Source of the DNA: Candidatus Pacearchaeota archaeon CG10_big_fil_rev_8_21_14_0_10_34_76
Lineage (GTDB): Archaea; Nanobdellota; Nanobdellia; Pacearchaeales; GW2011-AR1
Assembly (NCBI GenBank): GCA_002763075.1
Contig: PFDB01000002.1
Location: 128,286 to 189,970, forward strand
Direction: 5' to 3'
Length of the DNA stretch: 61,685 nucleotides
Part shown: piece by piece, positions 19,078 through 29,213 of the stretch
Layout: every line of letters begins with the position of its first letter
How positions within the stretch are numbered: position 1 is the first letter of the stretch
Translations under genes and position numbers: made by a program
Notes under the pieces: model-generated
What the model was told of the DNA's origin: nothing
Database searches by the model: none
The model's input: the letters and a program-made list of their open reading frames with translations, nothing else

Positions 19078-20268
19078 TCATTTTTTGAATTTTTTATAAA
19101 AAGAAAGAATTTTCTCAGCTATTTCTTCAGGGGTGAAATTAGAAGTGTCTATAATCAAGTCTGCAAGTGATTCTTGCTCCCTATAATCAAACCCGTATAT
19201 ATTTTTCCATCCCTCTGCCTCACTATTTTCTCTAGAGAGAATGATTTCTGAGACATTGGCATCTGGCAGGTTATCTCTATTAGATGTTCTAGTCATTCTT
19301 TTATTTATAGAGGCAATTAACCAAACTCTTAAATCAGCCCAGTTTATCATGTGTAATGATAGTTTTCCATCAATAACTATCCCTCCTTTATTTGCCAATG
19401 CTATCTGGAGTTCATCAATTATATTGTGAAACTCTTTACTTTTTCCAAAATCTGTGTTCCATAAATTCTGAACTCCTAGAGAATCATTTTGTGATTTGAA
19501 TTCTGGAATTTTAAGGTTATTTCTGTTGCATAACTCTCTAAATAGCGAATAGTAATGCTGTTGAGAAACTCTGCCTGTGGAGATATCCTTAAAAAGCTGT
19601 CCTGGAGAGAAATAATTTAAATTTAACTTGTTAGCAATAATTTTTCCTGCTGTTGTGCTACCTGCACCCGGAAGACCTGATATCGCAATTACATTTCCCT
19701 TATTCAGTTCAGTTAGAATAGATTTTACCTCTTCTTTGATAGTCATCTTTGAAGAATCTATCACAAGACGATATTGTTCTGTATCTCTATAATCAAATTT
19801 TCCGCCAAATAATGCTCCATATGTCTGTTGTCCCCATTCTGCTTCTTTATTTTCTCGGAATTCCAAGGCATTTTTTACTTCTTCTAGATTTTTGCTATAT
19901 CCATTTCCTCCAATTGCCCGCATTGCCCTGATTTCTAGGGGTGCTGTAACAAAAACAGAAAGAACTGAGTTAAGCCCTTCGCAATTTACCCTTGGAAACC
20001 TTGAATCCAGGATAACCTTTCCTTTTTCCAATCTTTTTTTTGCTTCTATATTTGCATCTATGATATCTTTCTCTGTTATAACCTCTGCATAAAACTCCTC
20101 AAAAGTTAGATCGTTGGAATGACTTTTTGACTTCCATTCTTCGTATTTTTTTCTAAATATTCCCCCTATATGCAAAACTTCCCATCCTAATTCTTTTTGA
20201 AGCATTTCTATCAGGGCTGTTTTTCCTGCCTTTGGAAGGCCCGCTATTGCAATGCTCTTGTAGCTCAT
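19078..20268 (-). CDS. cmk: Tandem double-domain archaeal cytidylate kinase-like protein
   Basis: Two P-loop NMP-kinase units: IAIAGLPKAGKT...VIDSSKMT and IAISGLPGAGSTT...IIDTSNFTPEE, both with a (Y)GFDYR-like lid. Confidence 0.75.
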   Translation of the reverse strand: MSYKSIAIAGLPKAGKTALIEMLQKELGWEVLHIGGIFRKKYEEWKSKSHSNDLTFEEFYAEVITEKDIIDANIEAKKRLEKGKVILDSRFPRVNCEGLNSVLSVFVTAPLEIRAMRAIGGNGYSKNLEEVKNALEFRENKEAEWGQQTYGALFGGKFDYRDTEQYRLVIDSSKMTIKEEVKSILTELNKGNVIAISGLPGAGSTTAGKIIANKLNLNYFSPGQLFKDISTGRVSQQHYYSLFRELCNRNNLKIPEFKSQNDSLGVQNLWNTDFGKSKEFHNIIDELQIALANKGGIVIDGKLSLHMINWADLRVWLIASINKRMTRTSNRDNLPDANVSEIILSRENSEAEGWKNIYGFDYREQESLADLIIDTSNFTPEEIAEKILSFYKKFKK

Positions 20269-20355
20269 GGCATGAAAAAATGCAAGATATATTTAAGTTT
20301 GATGCAATTTCTAGGAGATAGGAAGATTTTTATACTCTAAATCAAAGATATTTTT

Positions 20356-20469
20356 GAAGACGGCCATAGTGATTGGGAAACACCTGTTCTCATTCCGAAC
20401 ACAGAAGTTAAGGCTTTCACGTCTTGTGCGTTAGTCTCCGACAAGAGGCGAAACACGGATGCTGTCTTC
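20356..20469 (+). rRNA. rrf: 5S rRNA (not linked to 16S/23S in this window)
   Basis: GGCCATAG...GGGAAACACCTGTTCTCATTCCGAACACAGAAGTTAAG; terminal helix GAAGACGGC/GCTGTCTTC. Confidence 0.95.
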
Positions 20470-20478
20470 TTTATTTTT

Positions 20479-20700
20479 CTATTGCAAGTTTAATCTATAT
20501 CCCGGAACAGTTAAACATAACTGAGCATCTATAACTCTTGAAGGAATTAGTCTTGAGTAATCGTAATAAATTGCTAACCCCTCTCTCGTGTCTTTTTCAT
20601 AGGATCTTAGAATTTTTCTTGCTTCAGATTTCTCGCCCAACCTTTGGCGTTCTTGCTTAATTCTTTCTACTAAATTGCCATTGATTATTCTGAACATCAA
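20479..20700 (-). CDS. Hypothetical protein
   Basis: Fills the intergenic gap with a TATA-like box upstream; no recognisable motif. Confidence 0.5.
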   Translation of the reverse strand: MMFRIINGNLVERIKQERQRLGEKSEARKILRSYEKDTREGLAIYYDYSRLIPSRVIDAQLCLTVPGYRLNLQ

Positions 20701-20748
20701 TTAATATACAAAGAAGAGTTATTTAAATATAATTAGGTTAAATCAGTT

Positions 20749-21012
20749 ATGAAAAAGAAAATAACTAAGAAGGAAGCTCAAGATAGGATCATTGAATTCT
20801 TTAGACAAGCCGAAGAAATTGAACCAAAAAATTTCAGAAAAATAAAGAGGTTAGCTATGTCTTACAATATCAAATTAGGGAATTATAGAAAGATATTCTG
20901 TAAGGAATGTTATTCAGACATTAGATATCATAAAGGAAAGGTGAGAATAAAAAATATGCATAAAATTGTAGAATGTTCTAAATGTGGATTTTTGAACAAG
21001 TGGAAAATCTAG
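20749..21012 (+). CDS. rnp4: Ribonuclease P protein component 4 (Rpp21/Rpr2)
   Basis: Basic protein with LAMSYNIKL, FCKECY and ECSKCG zinc ribbon. Confidence 0.8.
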   Translation: MKKKITKKEAQDRIIEFFRQAEEIEPKNFRKIKRLAMSYNIKLGNYRKIFCKECYSDIRYHKGKVRIKNMHKIVECSKCGFLNKWKI

Positions 21013-21014
21013 TT

Positions 21015-21242
21015 TTATTCTCGAAAAGCTCTCGCTTTTTTTCCAGCAGCTACTGTTGTAGTAATCCGGAATAATTCTGCATAAACTTCACTTCCTACAG
21101 AAAGATTGTGTTCTAATCTGAAATCATCTAGAAAACGTGTTGCACGTTCAATATATGTTGTTTTAGGTTCGGAATGAAGCCCAGATAACTTTTCCTTATA
21201 AGTTTCAATTAGCTCACGGGGAAGGAGTTTTTCAGAGCTCAT
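21015..21242 (-). CDS. Hypothetical protein
   Basis: ATG at 21242 overlaps the rpoN stop (ATGA); 75 aa. Confidence 0.55.
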   Translation of the reverse strand: MSSEKLLPRELIETYKEKLSGLHSEPKTTYIERATRFLDDFRLEHNLSVGSEVYAELFRITTTVAAGKKARAFRE

Positions 21243-21436
21243 GATTTCTTGAATTTGCTGATTTCTGGCAACATATCTGCATGGCCAAGCATACAAGCTC
21301 TGCAGCAATATCTTTCAAGTCCTAAATCATCAAGGATTTTTCCTGTATCTTCACCTTCCTCACTTCGCTTTTTGAACTCTTCCCAGAATTGGCCAATAGG
21401 TTTTCCACAGCTAAAACATCTTACAGGTATAATCAT
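21239..21436 (-). CDS. rpoN: DNA-directed RNA polymerase subunit N (Rpo10)
   Basis: [12 protein letters not shown]...[12 protein letters not shown]. Confidence 0.97.
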   Translation of the reverse strand: MIIPVRCFSCGKPIGQFWEEFKKRSEEGEDTGKILDDLGLERYCCRACMLGHADMLPEISKFKKS

Positions 21437-21484
21437 ACTACAGAAGGATAAAATAAGGTTTTTAAACTTTCCCCTGGTTAGTCT

Positions 21485-22210
21485 ATGATGGGTGAATTAA
21501 TATCTTTAAAGAATGTTTGGAAAATATATAGAGAGGGGGAAGAAAATGCAGTCTTTGCCTTGAGAGATATTAGTCTTATTATCAAAAAAGGAGAATTTGT
21601 AGCTATAATGGGTCCTTCAGGCTCTGGGAAATCTACTGCAATGAACTTGATAGGGAGTTTAGATGTTCCATCCAAAGGAGACATTTTTTTAGATGGACAT
21701 AACATTTCACACTTGAGTGAATCTGATTTAGCCCAGATAAGAGGGAAAAAGATAGGATTCATATTTCAGCAGTTTAACCTCATTCCAAATTTAACTGCAA
21801 GAGAAAATGTCATGCTTCCAATGATATTTCAAGGGTCTGATGAGTTTGAGAGAGAGAAAAGGGCAGGAGAACTTCTAAAACTTGTTGAGCTAGAAGATAG
21901 AGTAGATCATCTCCCTTCTGAACTTTCGGGAGGGCAACAACAAAGAGTTGCTATTGCTCGTGCATTGGCTAACGATCCTGAAGTCATTCTTGCGGATGAA
22001 CCTACTGGGAATTTAGACACTAAGACTGGAGAGAAAGTTATGGATTTTCTTAACAAGCTACATAACCAGGGCAAAACCATAATCATTGTCACTCATGATC
22101 CTAACCTTGCTATTGAAAATGCTTCTACAACTTATTGGTTAAAAGATGGTAAAATTGATAAAATAACCAAAAAGAAAGGGAAAAACAAAATTGTTGGAAA
22201 TGAAAAATGA
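21485..22210 (+). CDS. ABC transporter ATP-binding protein (LolD/MacB type)
   Basis: [32 protein letters not shown]. Confidence 0.95.
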   Translation: MMGELISLKNVWKIYREGEENAVFALRDISLIIKKGEFVAIMGPSGSGKSTAMNLIGSLDVPSKGDIFLDGHNISHLSESDLAQIRGKKIGFIFQQFNLIPNLTARENVMLPMIFQGSDEFEREKRAGELLKLVELEDRVDHLPSELSGGQQQRVAIARALANDPEVILADEPTGNLDTKTGEKVMDFLNKLHNQGKTIIIVTHDPNLAIENASTTYWLKDGKIDKITKKKGKNKIVGNEK

Positions 22211-23424
22211 AACAATATCTGGTCCTGGCTGTGAAAAATCTGAGAAAAAGAGGACTCCGTAGTTGGCTGACTCTTTTAGGAATATGTATAGGTATAGCTG
22301 CAGTTGTATCTTTGATCTCTCTGGGAGATGCATTAAAAGATACAGTCAATTCTCAGTTTAATATTGCCTCTGTTGAAGTGATATCTGTCCAGGCAGGAGG
22401 CATCACTGGATTTGGGCCTCCGGGTTCAGGGGTTTCAAAACATTTGACAAAACAGGATTCTGATGCTATAGAAAGATTGAGCTCTGTGGAATTTGCAATT
22501 CCGAGAAATCTTAAAACCGTTAGTGTGGAATATAATGACAAGGTTGAGTTTGTGATGGTAAGCTCTGTTCCAAATGATGACAAGATTGATGATATGTACA
22601 CTCTGCTTGATATTGGAGTCTCGTCTGGAAGATTAATGGAAAGAGGAGAAAAAAATTTGATAATGATCGGGGACAGCCTTGCGGATGGAGAAAAAAATTC
22701 TTTTGAAAGGGATATAGGGGTTGGGAATAAATTAAAGCTAAATGGGGAGGAATTTAGGATTGTGGGCGTTCTTGAAAAGAAGGGAAGTTTTATCATAGAT
22801 GGTACAATTCTTATCAATAGTGAGGGGCTCAAAGAGATTTCAGATATAGGGGATAATGTTGATTTAATTGTTGTTAGGGCAAAGGACAAGGATTCTATAG
22901 ATGATGCAAAGAGAGATATTGAAGATTTGCTTAGAGAAAGAAGGGATGTGAAGATTGGGGAGGAGGACTTTGAAGTTTCTACACCGGAAGCACAGCTTGA
23001 ATCCATTAATGAAATTCTTACTGGAATACAGGTGTTTATCGTGATAATTGCGTCGATATCCATATTTATTGGGGCTGTGGGAATTGCAAATACAATGACT
23101 ACCTCTGTTATTGAGAGAAGGAAGGAAATTGGCATAATGAAAGCCATAGGTGCTAGAAACAAAAATATTTTTTATCAATTTTTTGTAGAAGCTGGACTCC
23201 TTGGACTGATTGGAGGACTTATTGGGGCTGCGCTTGGAATTGGAATAGGTTATCTTGGAACTACTGGACTTAATATATTTCTAGGAACATCTACTAAGCC
23301 AAATATAAATTTCATTTTAATTATCTCATCGCTATTGGGGAGCTTTATTGTTGGTTCTATATCTGGAGTGGTTCCTGCAATGAATGCTGCAAAACAAAAT
23401 CCTGTGGAGGCAATAAGGGGATGA
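22207..23424 (+). CDS. ABC transporter permease (MacB/FtsX family)
   Basis: RSWLTLLGICIG, NTMTTSVIERRKEIGIMKAIGA, PVEAIR. Confidence 0.93.
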   Translation: MKQYLVLAVKNLRKRGLRSWLTLLGICIGIAAVVSLISLGDALKDTVNSQFNIASVEVISVQAGGITGFGPPGSGVSKHLTKQDSDAIERLSSVEFAIPRNLKTVSVEYNDKVEFVMVSSVPNDDKIDDMYTLLDIGVSSGRLMERGEKNLIMIGDSLADGEKNSFERDIGVGNKLKLNGEEFRIVGVLEKKGSFIIDGTILINSEGLKEISDIGDNVDLIVVRAKDKDSIDDAKRDIEDLLRERRDVKIGEEDFEVSTPEAQLESINEILTGIQVFIVIIASISIFIGAVGIANTMTTSVIERRKEIGIMKAIGARNKNIFYQFFVEAGLLGLIGGLIGAALGIGIGYLGTTGLNIFLGTSTKPNINFILIISSLLGSFIVGSISGVVPAMNAAKQNPVEAIRG

Positions 23425-24629
23425 TAAGTAAAGAGATAATAAAATATTCTATAGATAATCTTAGGAAGAGAAAGACACGGAGTTTTCTAACAATTTTTTC
23501 AATTCTGATTGGGATAACTACAATTTTTATTTTTATTAGTTTTGGGATGGGGCTATACACCTATGTAAATAGTTTTGTTTCAGAATCTTCTGCAGATAAA
23601 GTCCTTATTCAGCCAAAGGGGGTTGGTGTTCCTGGAATAGACAAGACATTTTTCTTTGATGAAGAAGATTTAGATGCGGTTAAGAAAACTTCTGGAGTTT
23701 ATGAAGCAGAGGGGGTTCAAATCCTTGTTGTAGAGGCAGAACAAAATAACATAAAAAAATTTGTCTTCATGACTGCTTATGATCCTGAAAGACCATTGAT
23801 GTTAGAAATTTCCAACCTTGAAATATATGAGGGAAGGAGCTTGACTAGTTCGGATAGGGGGAAGGTTGTTCTTGGATATAATTACTTGATTGAAGATAAG
23901 ATATTTCCGCGAAAATTGGAAGTTAATAGTAGGATTGATGTGGATGGTAAAAGTCTTACAGTGGTTGGGTTTTATGATTCTGTTGGGAATCCCCAAGACG
24001 ATTCTAATATATACATAACTAATGATTATTTTGAAGACATTTACCCTGAAAATTCAGATAAATATGACATGATCACAGCAAGAGTAGATACCAGCGATAT
24101 AGATAGAGTTATAACAAACTTGGAAAAAGAACTTAGAAAATCAAGGGGGTTGGAAGAGGGAAAAGAAGATTTTTTTGTTTCTTCATTTGGAGATCTTTTT
24201 GAAAGTTATTCTACTTCGTTAAACATTATAATTGGGTTTATAGTATTGATTGCATTGATATCCGTTATTGTCTCTGCCATAAACACTGCCAACACAATGA
24301 TAACTTCTGTTCTAGAAAGGATAAAAGAAATAGGGGTGATGAAATCAATAGGTGCAAGAAATTCTGAAATATTCAATCTTTATCTATTTGAATCAAGCTT
24401 CCTTGGATTTATTGCTGGAGTTTTAGGGGTCTTCTTTGGATGGATATTTAGTCTTGTAGCGGGAAATATTCTAGAAGGGTTGGGTTGGAGCTTTCTAAGT
24501 CCATATTATTCTGTTGAATTATTTATTGGATGCATATTATTTGCAACAATTACTGGAGGGATTTCGGGAGTGATTCCTGCAATAAGTGCTTCTAGAGTAA
24601 ATCCTGTAGATGCATTAAGATATGAATAG
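23421..24629 (+). CDS. ABC transporter permease (MacB/FtsX family)
   Basis: RSFLTIFSILIG, NTMITSVLERIKEIGVMKSIGA, PVDALRYE. Confidence 0.93.
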   Translation: MISKEIIKYSIDNLRKRKTRSFLTIFSILIGITTIFIFISFGMGLYTYVNSFVSESSADKVLIQPKGVGVPGIDKTFFFDEEDLDAVKKTSGVYEAEGVQILVVEAEQNNIKKFVFMTAYDPERPLMLEISNLEIYEGRSLTSSDRGKVVLGYNYLIEDKIFPRKLEVNSRIDVDGKSLTVVGFYDSVGNPQDDSNIYITNDYFEDIYPENSDKYDMITARVDTSDIDRVITNLEKELRKSRGLEEGKEDFFVSSFGDLFESYSTSLNIIIGFIVLIALISVIVSAINTANTMITSVLERIKEIGVMKSIGARNSEIFNLYLFESSFLGFIAGVLGVFFGWIFSLVAGNILEGLGWSFLSPYYSVELFIGCILFATITGGISGVIPAISASRVNPVDALRYE

Positions 24630-24634
24630 AGAAT

Positions 24635-25495
24635 TCAGATTTTTTTTCTTTTCTTATTCTTGTATTTTCTATAAAAGAAATAAATAACTATGACAAGAAT
24701 TAATAAACCGACTATGTACGTTATGACTGGGGTTGACTGCTGTTCTTTTTCTCTATCTATGAATGGCTGAGGGTTAAAGTATATAGATTTTGGAAGACTC
24801 CTACGCACTTTTACCTCGTCAATATAATAGATAGTCATTTCTATATCTCCTTCTTTTACAATTGCCTCGAAGTCTGCTGTTGTGAAATCTTTTGAATCGA
24901 GGGAGCCTATGATATTTGCTCCTGGGCCTCTTAAATTAAAGTTTTCCTGAGAATTTATTTCTAAGGTTAGTGCTTCAACATCGCTTTTTCCAGTGTTAAG
25001 GATTTCAAAAGTTATTTTTCTAGTTGAGGGGTTATAATTTTTAACGAACACCTCAAAGTCCGACCTAACATCTTTCACGCTGATATTAAAATTATAAATT
25101 CTATTTGAAATATTAAGGTTTGAAGTTCCTACCCTTGTTTCTATTTGAGCATCTCCGTCAAGAGCACTTGCATCAAGTCTCACCTTATAAGGCACAAGAA
25201 GACTAGATGTGAAGTCCTGCGAAGTGTATGTTCCTCCCTTGACCTGAATTTTAGAGGCAGTATTTGGATCAAGCTGGAGGGGGTATTTTTCCACTAATTC
25301 AAAATTTACATTTATACACTGAGGATTTTCAATTCCTGTAACTTGAAAAACTAATTTGACATAATCTCCTGGAACTGCAGGATAAGGATCTTGATTTATC
25401 AAGGATACTTTCATATCACACTCGGCGCTAGTTGCAAGATTAGCTGAAAAAATAAATAATGAGAGTGCTATCGTCATTAATATTAATCTATTCAT
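24635..25495 (-). CDS. COG1361-type S-layer-domain / Ig-like exported protein
   Basis: Signal peptide, QDPYPAVPGDYV, NTGKS and a C-terminal TM anchor with basic tail. This family is commonly found next to MacB-type ABC genes in archaea. Confidence 0.75.
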   Translation of the reverse strand: MNRLILMTIALSLFIFSANLATSAECDMKVSLINQDPYPAVPGDYVKLVFQVTGIENPQCINVNFELVEKYPLQLDPNTASKIQVKGGTYTSQDFTSSLLVPYKVRLDASALDGDAQIETRVGTSNLNISNRIYNFNISVKDVRSDFEVFVKNYNPSTRKITFEILNTGKSDVEALTLEINSQENFNLRGPGANIIGSLDSKDFTTADFEAIVKEGDIEMTIYYIDEVKVRRSLPKSIYFNPQPFIDREKEQQSTPVITYIVGLLILVIVIYFFYRKYKNKKRKKI

Positions 25496-25633
25496 GTGCT
25501 TATTTGGTATGGAACTCTTTTAAATTTTGCGTTTATTGAAAAGGTCTAAATTCAGATTTTATATTGAAATGCTCCTAAAAATTTATAAACTATTCAGCCA
25601 TACAAAACTATTCAAAATTGAAAAGAGGGAAAA

Positions 25634-25813
25634 ATGAAAAAATGTATATATTGCTCAAGTGAGATTTCTCTAGAGAGTGTTGTGGATGTATGTGAAAGAT
25701 GTGGACATGGAGTTTGGGGAGAGAAGATGTTTTCTGCCATAAAACAAAACATGGAAAACGCCAGAGATAATGGAGATTTGAATCAAGGCAGTGTTGGGAT
25801 GACTAGTTCTTGA
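25634..25813 (+). CDS. Small zinc-finger protein (59 aa, not in the ORF track)
   Basis: [33 protein letters not shown]...; two CxxC motifs; GAGGG upstream. Confidence 0.75.
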   Translation: MKKCIYCSSEISLESVVDVCERCGHGVWGEKMFSAIKQNMENARDNGDLNQGSVGMTSS

Positions 25814-25877
25814 GTAGAAAAGGTTTTTAAAGTGTTATTATGAGGTATTATTGGGTTTTTACCTAAAGGAAACAAAA

Positions 25878-26135
25878 ATGCTGAAAAGAAAAAGGATTAG
25901 ACAACGAGGAAAATTTTCGTTCTCGAATTTTTTCCAAAAATTTGATAGTGGAGACTCTGTTGCAATGGTTAGGGAACTTGGCCAGCAAGGACCAGGATTT
26001 CCTAAGAGGATGCAGGGACGTACAGGAAAAGTAATTGTTAAGAGGGGATCTGCTTATGTCATAGAAGTCAAAGATCAGAATATGAAGAAACAATATATGG
26101 TAAAGCCAATTCACTTAAGGAGGATAAAAGACTAA
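25878..26135 (+). CDS. rpl21e: 50S ribosomal protein L21e
   Basis: QKFDSGDSV, FPKRMQGRTG, VKPIHL; ATG at 25878. Confidence 0.92.
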   Translation: MLKRKRIRQRGKFSFSNFFQKFDSGDSVAMVRELGQQGPGFPKRMQGRTGKVIVKRGSAYVIEVKDQNMKKQYMVKPIHLRRIKD

Positions 26136-26434
26136 TGATATTAGACATGAAACCTGTCTCACTTGCTGAAGTTAAGGAGATAATCAAAAATATGGATGAA
26201 AAAAAGAGTCTGGAAGATTATCTAAAAAAATTCAATAAATTGAGTAATGAAAAAGCTGATAAGCTAAAAGAAAGTGTCAAGGGACTTGATAATCCGAAAA
26301 TTAGAGAAGACGACTTTATTAAACTGGCAGATTTTGTCCCAAAAACCAGTGAAGATATTAACAAGATATTCAACGATGTATCGCTGAATGAGGAGGAGAT
26401 CAATGCTTTACTGGAGATCCTTAAGGAATATTAA
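26135..26434 (+). CDS. rpoF: RNA polymerase subunit F (Rpo4)
   Basis: PVSLAEVKEI, KLADFVPKT; conserved rpl21e-rpoF-DUF655 order. Confidence 0.88.
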   Translation: MILDMKPVSLAEVKEIIKNMDEKKSLEDYLKKFNKLSNEKADKLKESVKGLDNPKIREDDFIKLADFVPKTSEDINKIFNDVSLNEEEINALLEILKEY

Positions 26435-26436
26435 AA

Positions 26437-26976
26437 ATGAGAGAGAAAGACGAATATGCTTTAGTTCTAGATTATCTTCCATATGGATATCCCTTGGAAG
26501 GAAAGATGAATCCTATAGTGCAAGCTATTGGTGAAAAATATTTTTCCTTACTTGAACTTGTACCTAGTAGAGGAATGACATTTAATCTGCAGGAAAAGGT
26601 TTATATAGGCCCAAATAAACGTGATAAGATATACTTCATTCGGGGCAGACTTGCTACGAATAAGTTGACAGAGACTGCAAAGATCCAACTACAGGAATTC
26701 GTCAAAAAAGTGGTTGCGGAGCAGGAGAAGAAATATTTAGATTTCTTTAACACTGCACAAGCAATTAATACGAGACTTCACCGAATTGAACTTCTTCCTG
26801 GATTTGGAAAAAAGCATACCAATGAAATTATCAAGATACGAGAAGAAAAACCCTTCGAGTCATTTGATGACATACGAGAAAGGGCTCCTGGATTACCAGA
26901 TCCGCAAAGGGCTATAGAGAAAAGGATAATTGAAGAAATATTGGAAAGTCCTAGACAGAGATTGTTCGTGATTTAA
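26437..26976 (+). CDS. DUF655 putative RNA-binding protein
   Basis: ALVLDYLP, QAIGEKYFSLLEL, RLHRIELLPGFGKK. Confidence 0.9.
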   Translation: MREKDEYALVLDYLPYGYPLEGKMNPIVQAIGEKYFSLLELVPSRGMTFNLQEKVYIGPNKRDKIYFIRGRLATNKLTETAKIQLQEFVKKVVAEQEKKYLDFFNTAQAINTRLHRIELLPGFGKKHTNEIIKIREEKPFESFDDIRERAPGLPDPQRAIEKRIIEEILESPRQRLFVI

Positions 26977-26977
26977 A

Positions 26978-27457
26978 ATGACTGAAGAAAAAAAAGTAAA
27001 ACAACAAGAGAATGTGGGAGTTCTAGTCAGAATTATGGGAAAGGACATTTCTGGAGAAAAGAAAATTTATACTGGCTTGACAAAGATAAAGGGTATCTCT
27101 TGGGCAATCTCAAGCGCTATTTGTTATAAGCTTAATTTAGATAAAAATGAGAATATTTTGAGTTTGAGCAAGGATGATTTAATCAGGATTGAAGAGCTAT
27201 TGAAAGGTGATGCTATTCCCAAACATTTGAAGAATAGGAGAAATGATTTGGAAGATGGGCAAGACAAGCATATTACTGGAGTCAATCTTGATATGAAAAA
27301 AGAATTTGATATTAAGAGGCTTAGAAAAATTAAGAGTTATCGTGGAAATAGACATTCTCTTAAGCTTCCCGTGAGAGGTCAAAGAACAAGAAGTCATTTC
27401 AGAGGAAAGGGAAGAGCAGTTGGAGTTAAAAAACCTAAGGTAGGGAAGAAGAGTTAA
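26978..27457 (+). CDS. rps13: 30S ribosomal protein S13
   Basis: LTKIKGI, NRRND, SYRGNRH..KLPVRGQRT. Confidence 0.97.
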   Translation: MTEEKKVKQQENVGVLVRIMGKDISGEKKIYTGLTKIKGISWAISSAICYKLNLDKNENILSLSKDDLIRIEELLKGDAIPKHLKNRRNDLEDGQDKHITGVNLDMKKEFDIKRLRKIKSYRGNRHSLKLPVRGQRTRSHFRGKGRAVGVKKPKVGKKS

Positions 27458-27984
27458 TGATTCGCAAAAAGAAAAAATTCATGTGGCCGAGGAAGCTTTA
27501 CGATAAACCTAGGATATTAGACGAAAATAAACTTGTCAAAAAATATGGATTGAAGAATAAAAGGGAAATCTGGAAGACTGAAGCTAAGGTTAATTATTTT
27601 AGGACCAGAGCGAAGGCACTTATCAATGAAAGTCAAGAAGAACAAAAAACATTTTTCAATAAACTTAATCAAATTGGTCTAAAGGTAAATTCTATTGCAG
27701 ATGTCCTTTCATTAGGCATGGTCGATCTCTTGGAAAGAAGATTATCTACTGTCGTATATTCTAAAGGACTTGCATCTACTCCAAGACAAGCAAGACAAAT
27801 GATAGTACATAAAAAAATATTAATGGGTGATAAAATGGTAAGCTCTCCAAGTTATCTTGTTAAAATAGATGAAGAGAAGAAAATAAAAATAAAGAAAAAA
27901 GCAGTTACACCAAGAGCTGTTGAGGAAAACAACACGCAAGAATCAAATGAACTTAATGTTGAAGTGGAGGCAAGCAATGACTAA
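27457..27984 (+). CDS. rps4: 30S ribosomal protein S4
   Basis: YGLKNKREIW, LLERRL, QARQMIVH. Confidence 0.97.
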   Translation: MIRKKKKFMWPRKLYDKPRILDENKLVKKYGLKNKREIWKTEAKVNYFRTRAKALINESQEEQKTFFNKLNQIGLKVNSIADVLSLGMVDLLERRLSTVVYSKGLASTPRQARQMIVHKKILMGDKMVSSPSYLVKIDEEKKIKIKKKAVTPRAVEENNTQESNELNVEVEASND

Positions 27985-28462
27985 AAAAGAAGAGTTAACT
28001 GGAGACACAACTGAAGGAATAGAGAAGATTCAAGATGTTGAGGAAAATCCAGAACAGCCTGTTAGGGAGAAAAAGTCTTCTTCTAAGGCGGAGAGAGAAG
28101 GCATAGCTTATATATTTAGTTCATACAATAACACAATCCTCCATATCACAGACCTTGCAGGCAACACCATTGCAAGAGTTAGCGGTGGGATGGTCACTAA
28201 ACATGACAGATTAAAAGCAAATCCTACTACTGCAATGTTTGTTGCAAAAAATGCTGCTGGAAGGGCAAAGGATATTGGAATAACAAGCCTATATGTGAGA
28301 TTGAAGGCAAAAACAAGAAGTCCTGGAATTGGGCCAGGAGCTCATGCTATTGTAAAGACTCTTGGAAAAGAAGGATTCAAAATTGTTAGTGTTGTTGATG
28401 TCACAAGATCACCAAGAGGCGGACCTAAGAAGAAGGGAGGTAAGAGAGGAAGGAGAGTTTAA
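27977..28462 (+). CDS. rps11: 30S ribosomal protein S11
   Basis: SSYNNTILHITD, SGGMV, GPGA, GGKRGRRV; ATG at 27977 follows GGAGG. Confidence 0.97.
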   Translation: MTKKEELTGDTTEGIEKIQDVEENPEQPVREKKSSSKAEREGIAYIFSSYNNTILHITDLAGNTIARVSGGMVTKHDRLKANPTTAMFVAKNAAGRAKDIGITSLYVRLKAKTRSPGIGPGAHAIVKTLGKEGFKIVSVVDVTRSPRGGPKKKGGKRGRRV

Positions 28463-28499
28463 CCTTAACATTTAAAAGAGCTCACTTCATAAATTTAAA

Positions 28500-29195
28500 A
28501 TGAATCTCATAATAGACCTACCAGAAAAGATGATATTAAGAGCATCTCTCAGCGAGAGTCTTGCTAACGCTTTCCGAAGAAGCATTGAGGAAGTACCAAC
28601 CTTAGCAGTTGATGAGGTAGAAATTTACAAGAATGATTCTGCATTGTATGATGAGTTTTTAGCACATAGAATTGGACTTATCCCTCTTAAGACAGATAAA
28701 AAAATGAATTCTAAGACTGAGATAAATCTGACCTTGAAAAAATCTGGGCCAGGAATTGTATATTCTGGAGATTTCAAGGGTTCCTCTGAAGTGATTTATC
28801 CCAATATTCCATTAACGCTACTTGAAAAAGGTCAAGAGGTTGAATTGATAGCTACTGCGAGATTGGGAAGAGCTATTGAACATGCCAAGTACATTCCAGG
28901 ATTAGCACATTATAGAAATTTATTTGAGGTCAAGATAGGAAATAAGAAAATAGATGAGATAATCAGCAATTCAAAGGGTTTTGTAAAAGAGAAAAAAGGC
29001 AATATGTGGATAGTCGACCTTAATGAATCAGAAGAAGAAGAGATTTCTAAAGCTGATAAAGACTCCATCAAGGAAAGTGAAGAGATGATATTTATAGTTG
29101 AGTCATTCGGACAATGGAAGGCAAAGGACATATTAATACATGCAATTGATGCTCTTAAAAATAATTTAGGCGAAGTGGACAAATCGCTTAAGTAG
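28500..29195 (+). CDS. rpoD: RNA polymerase subunit D (Rpo3)
   Basis: ANAFRR, VPTLAVDEV, NDSALYDEFLAHRIGLIP, EHAK, FIVESFG. Confidence 0.96.
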   Translation: MNLIIDLPEKMILRASLSESLANAFRRSIEEVPTLAVDEVEIYKNDSALYDEFLAHRIGLIPLKTDKKMNSKTEINLTLKKSGPGIVYSGDFKGSSEVIYPNIPLTLLEKGQEVELIATARLGRAIEHAKYIPGLAHYRNLFEVKIGNKKIDEIISNSKGFVKEKKGNMWIVDLNESEEEEISKADKDSIKESEEMIFIVESFGQWKAKDILIHAIDALKNNLGEVDKSLK

Positions 29196-29213
29196 GGAGA
29201 GACAGAGCACCGC

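Noticed and set aside
22353-23162. Long antisense ORFs (also 50847-51491, 17805-18227, 55755-56126 and many of 60-130 aa)
   Set aside because: These are shadow frames of well-supported genes on the opposite strand, with Ser/Ile/Phe-rich composition and no motifs.
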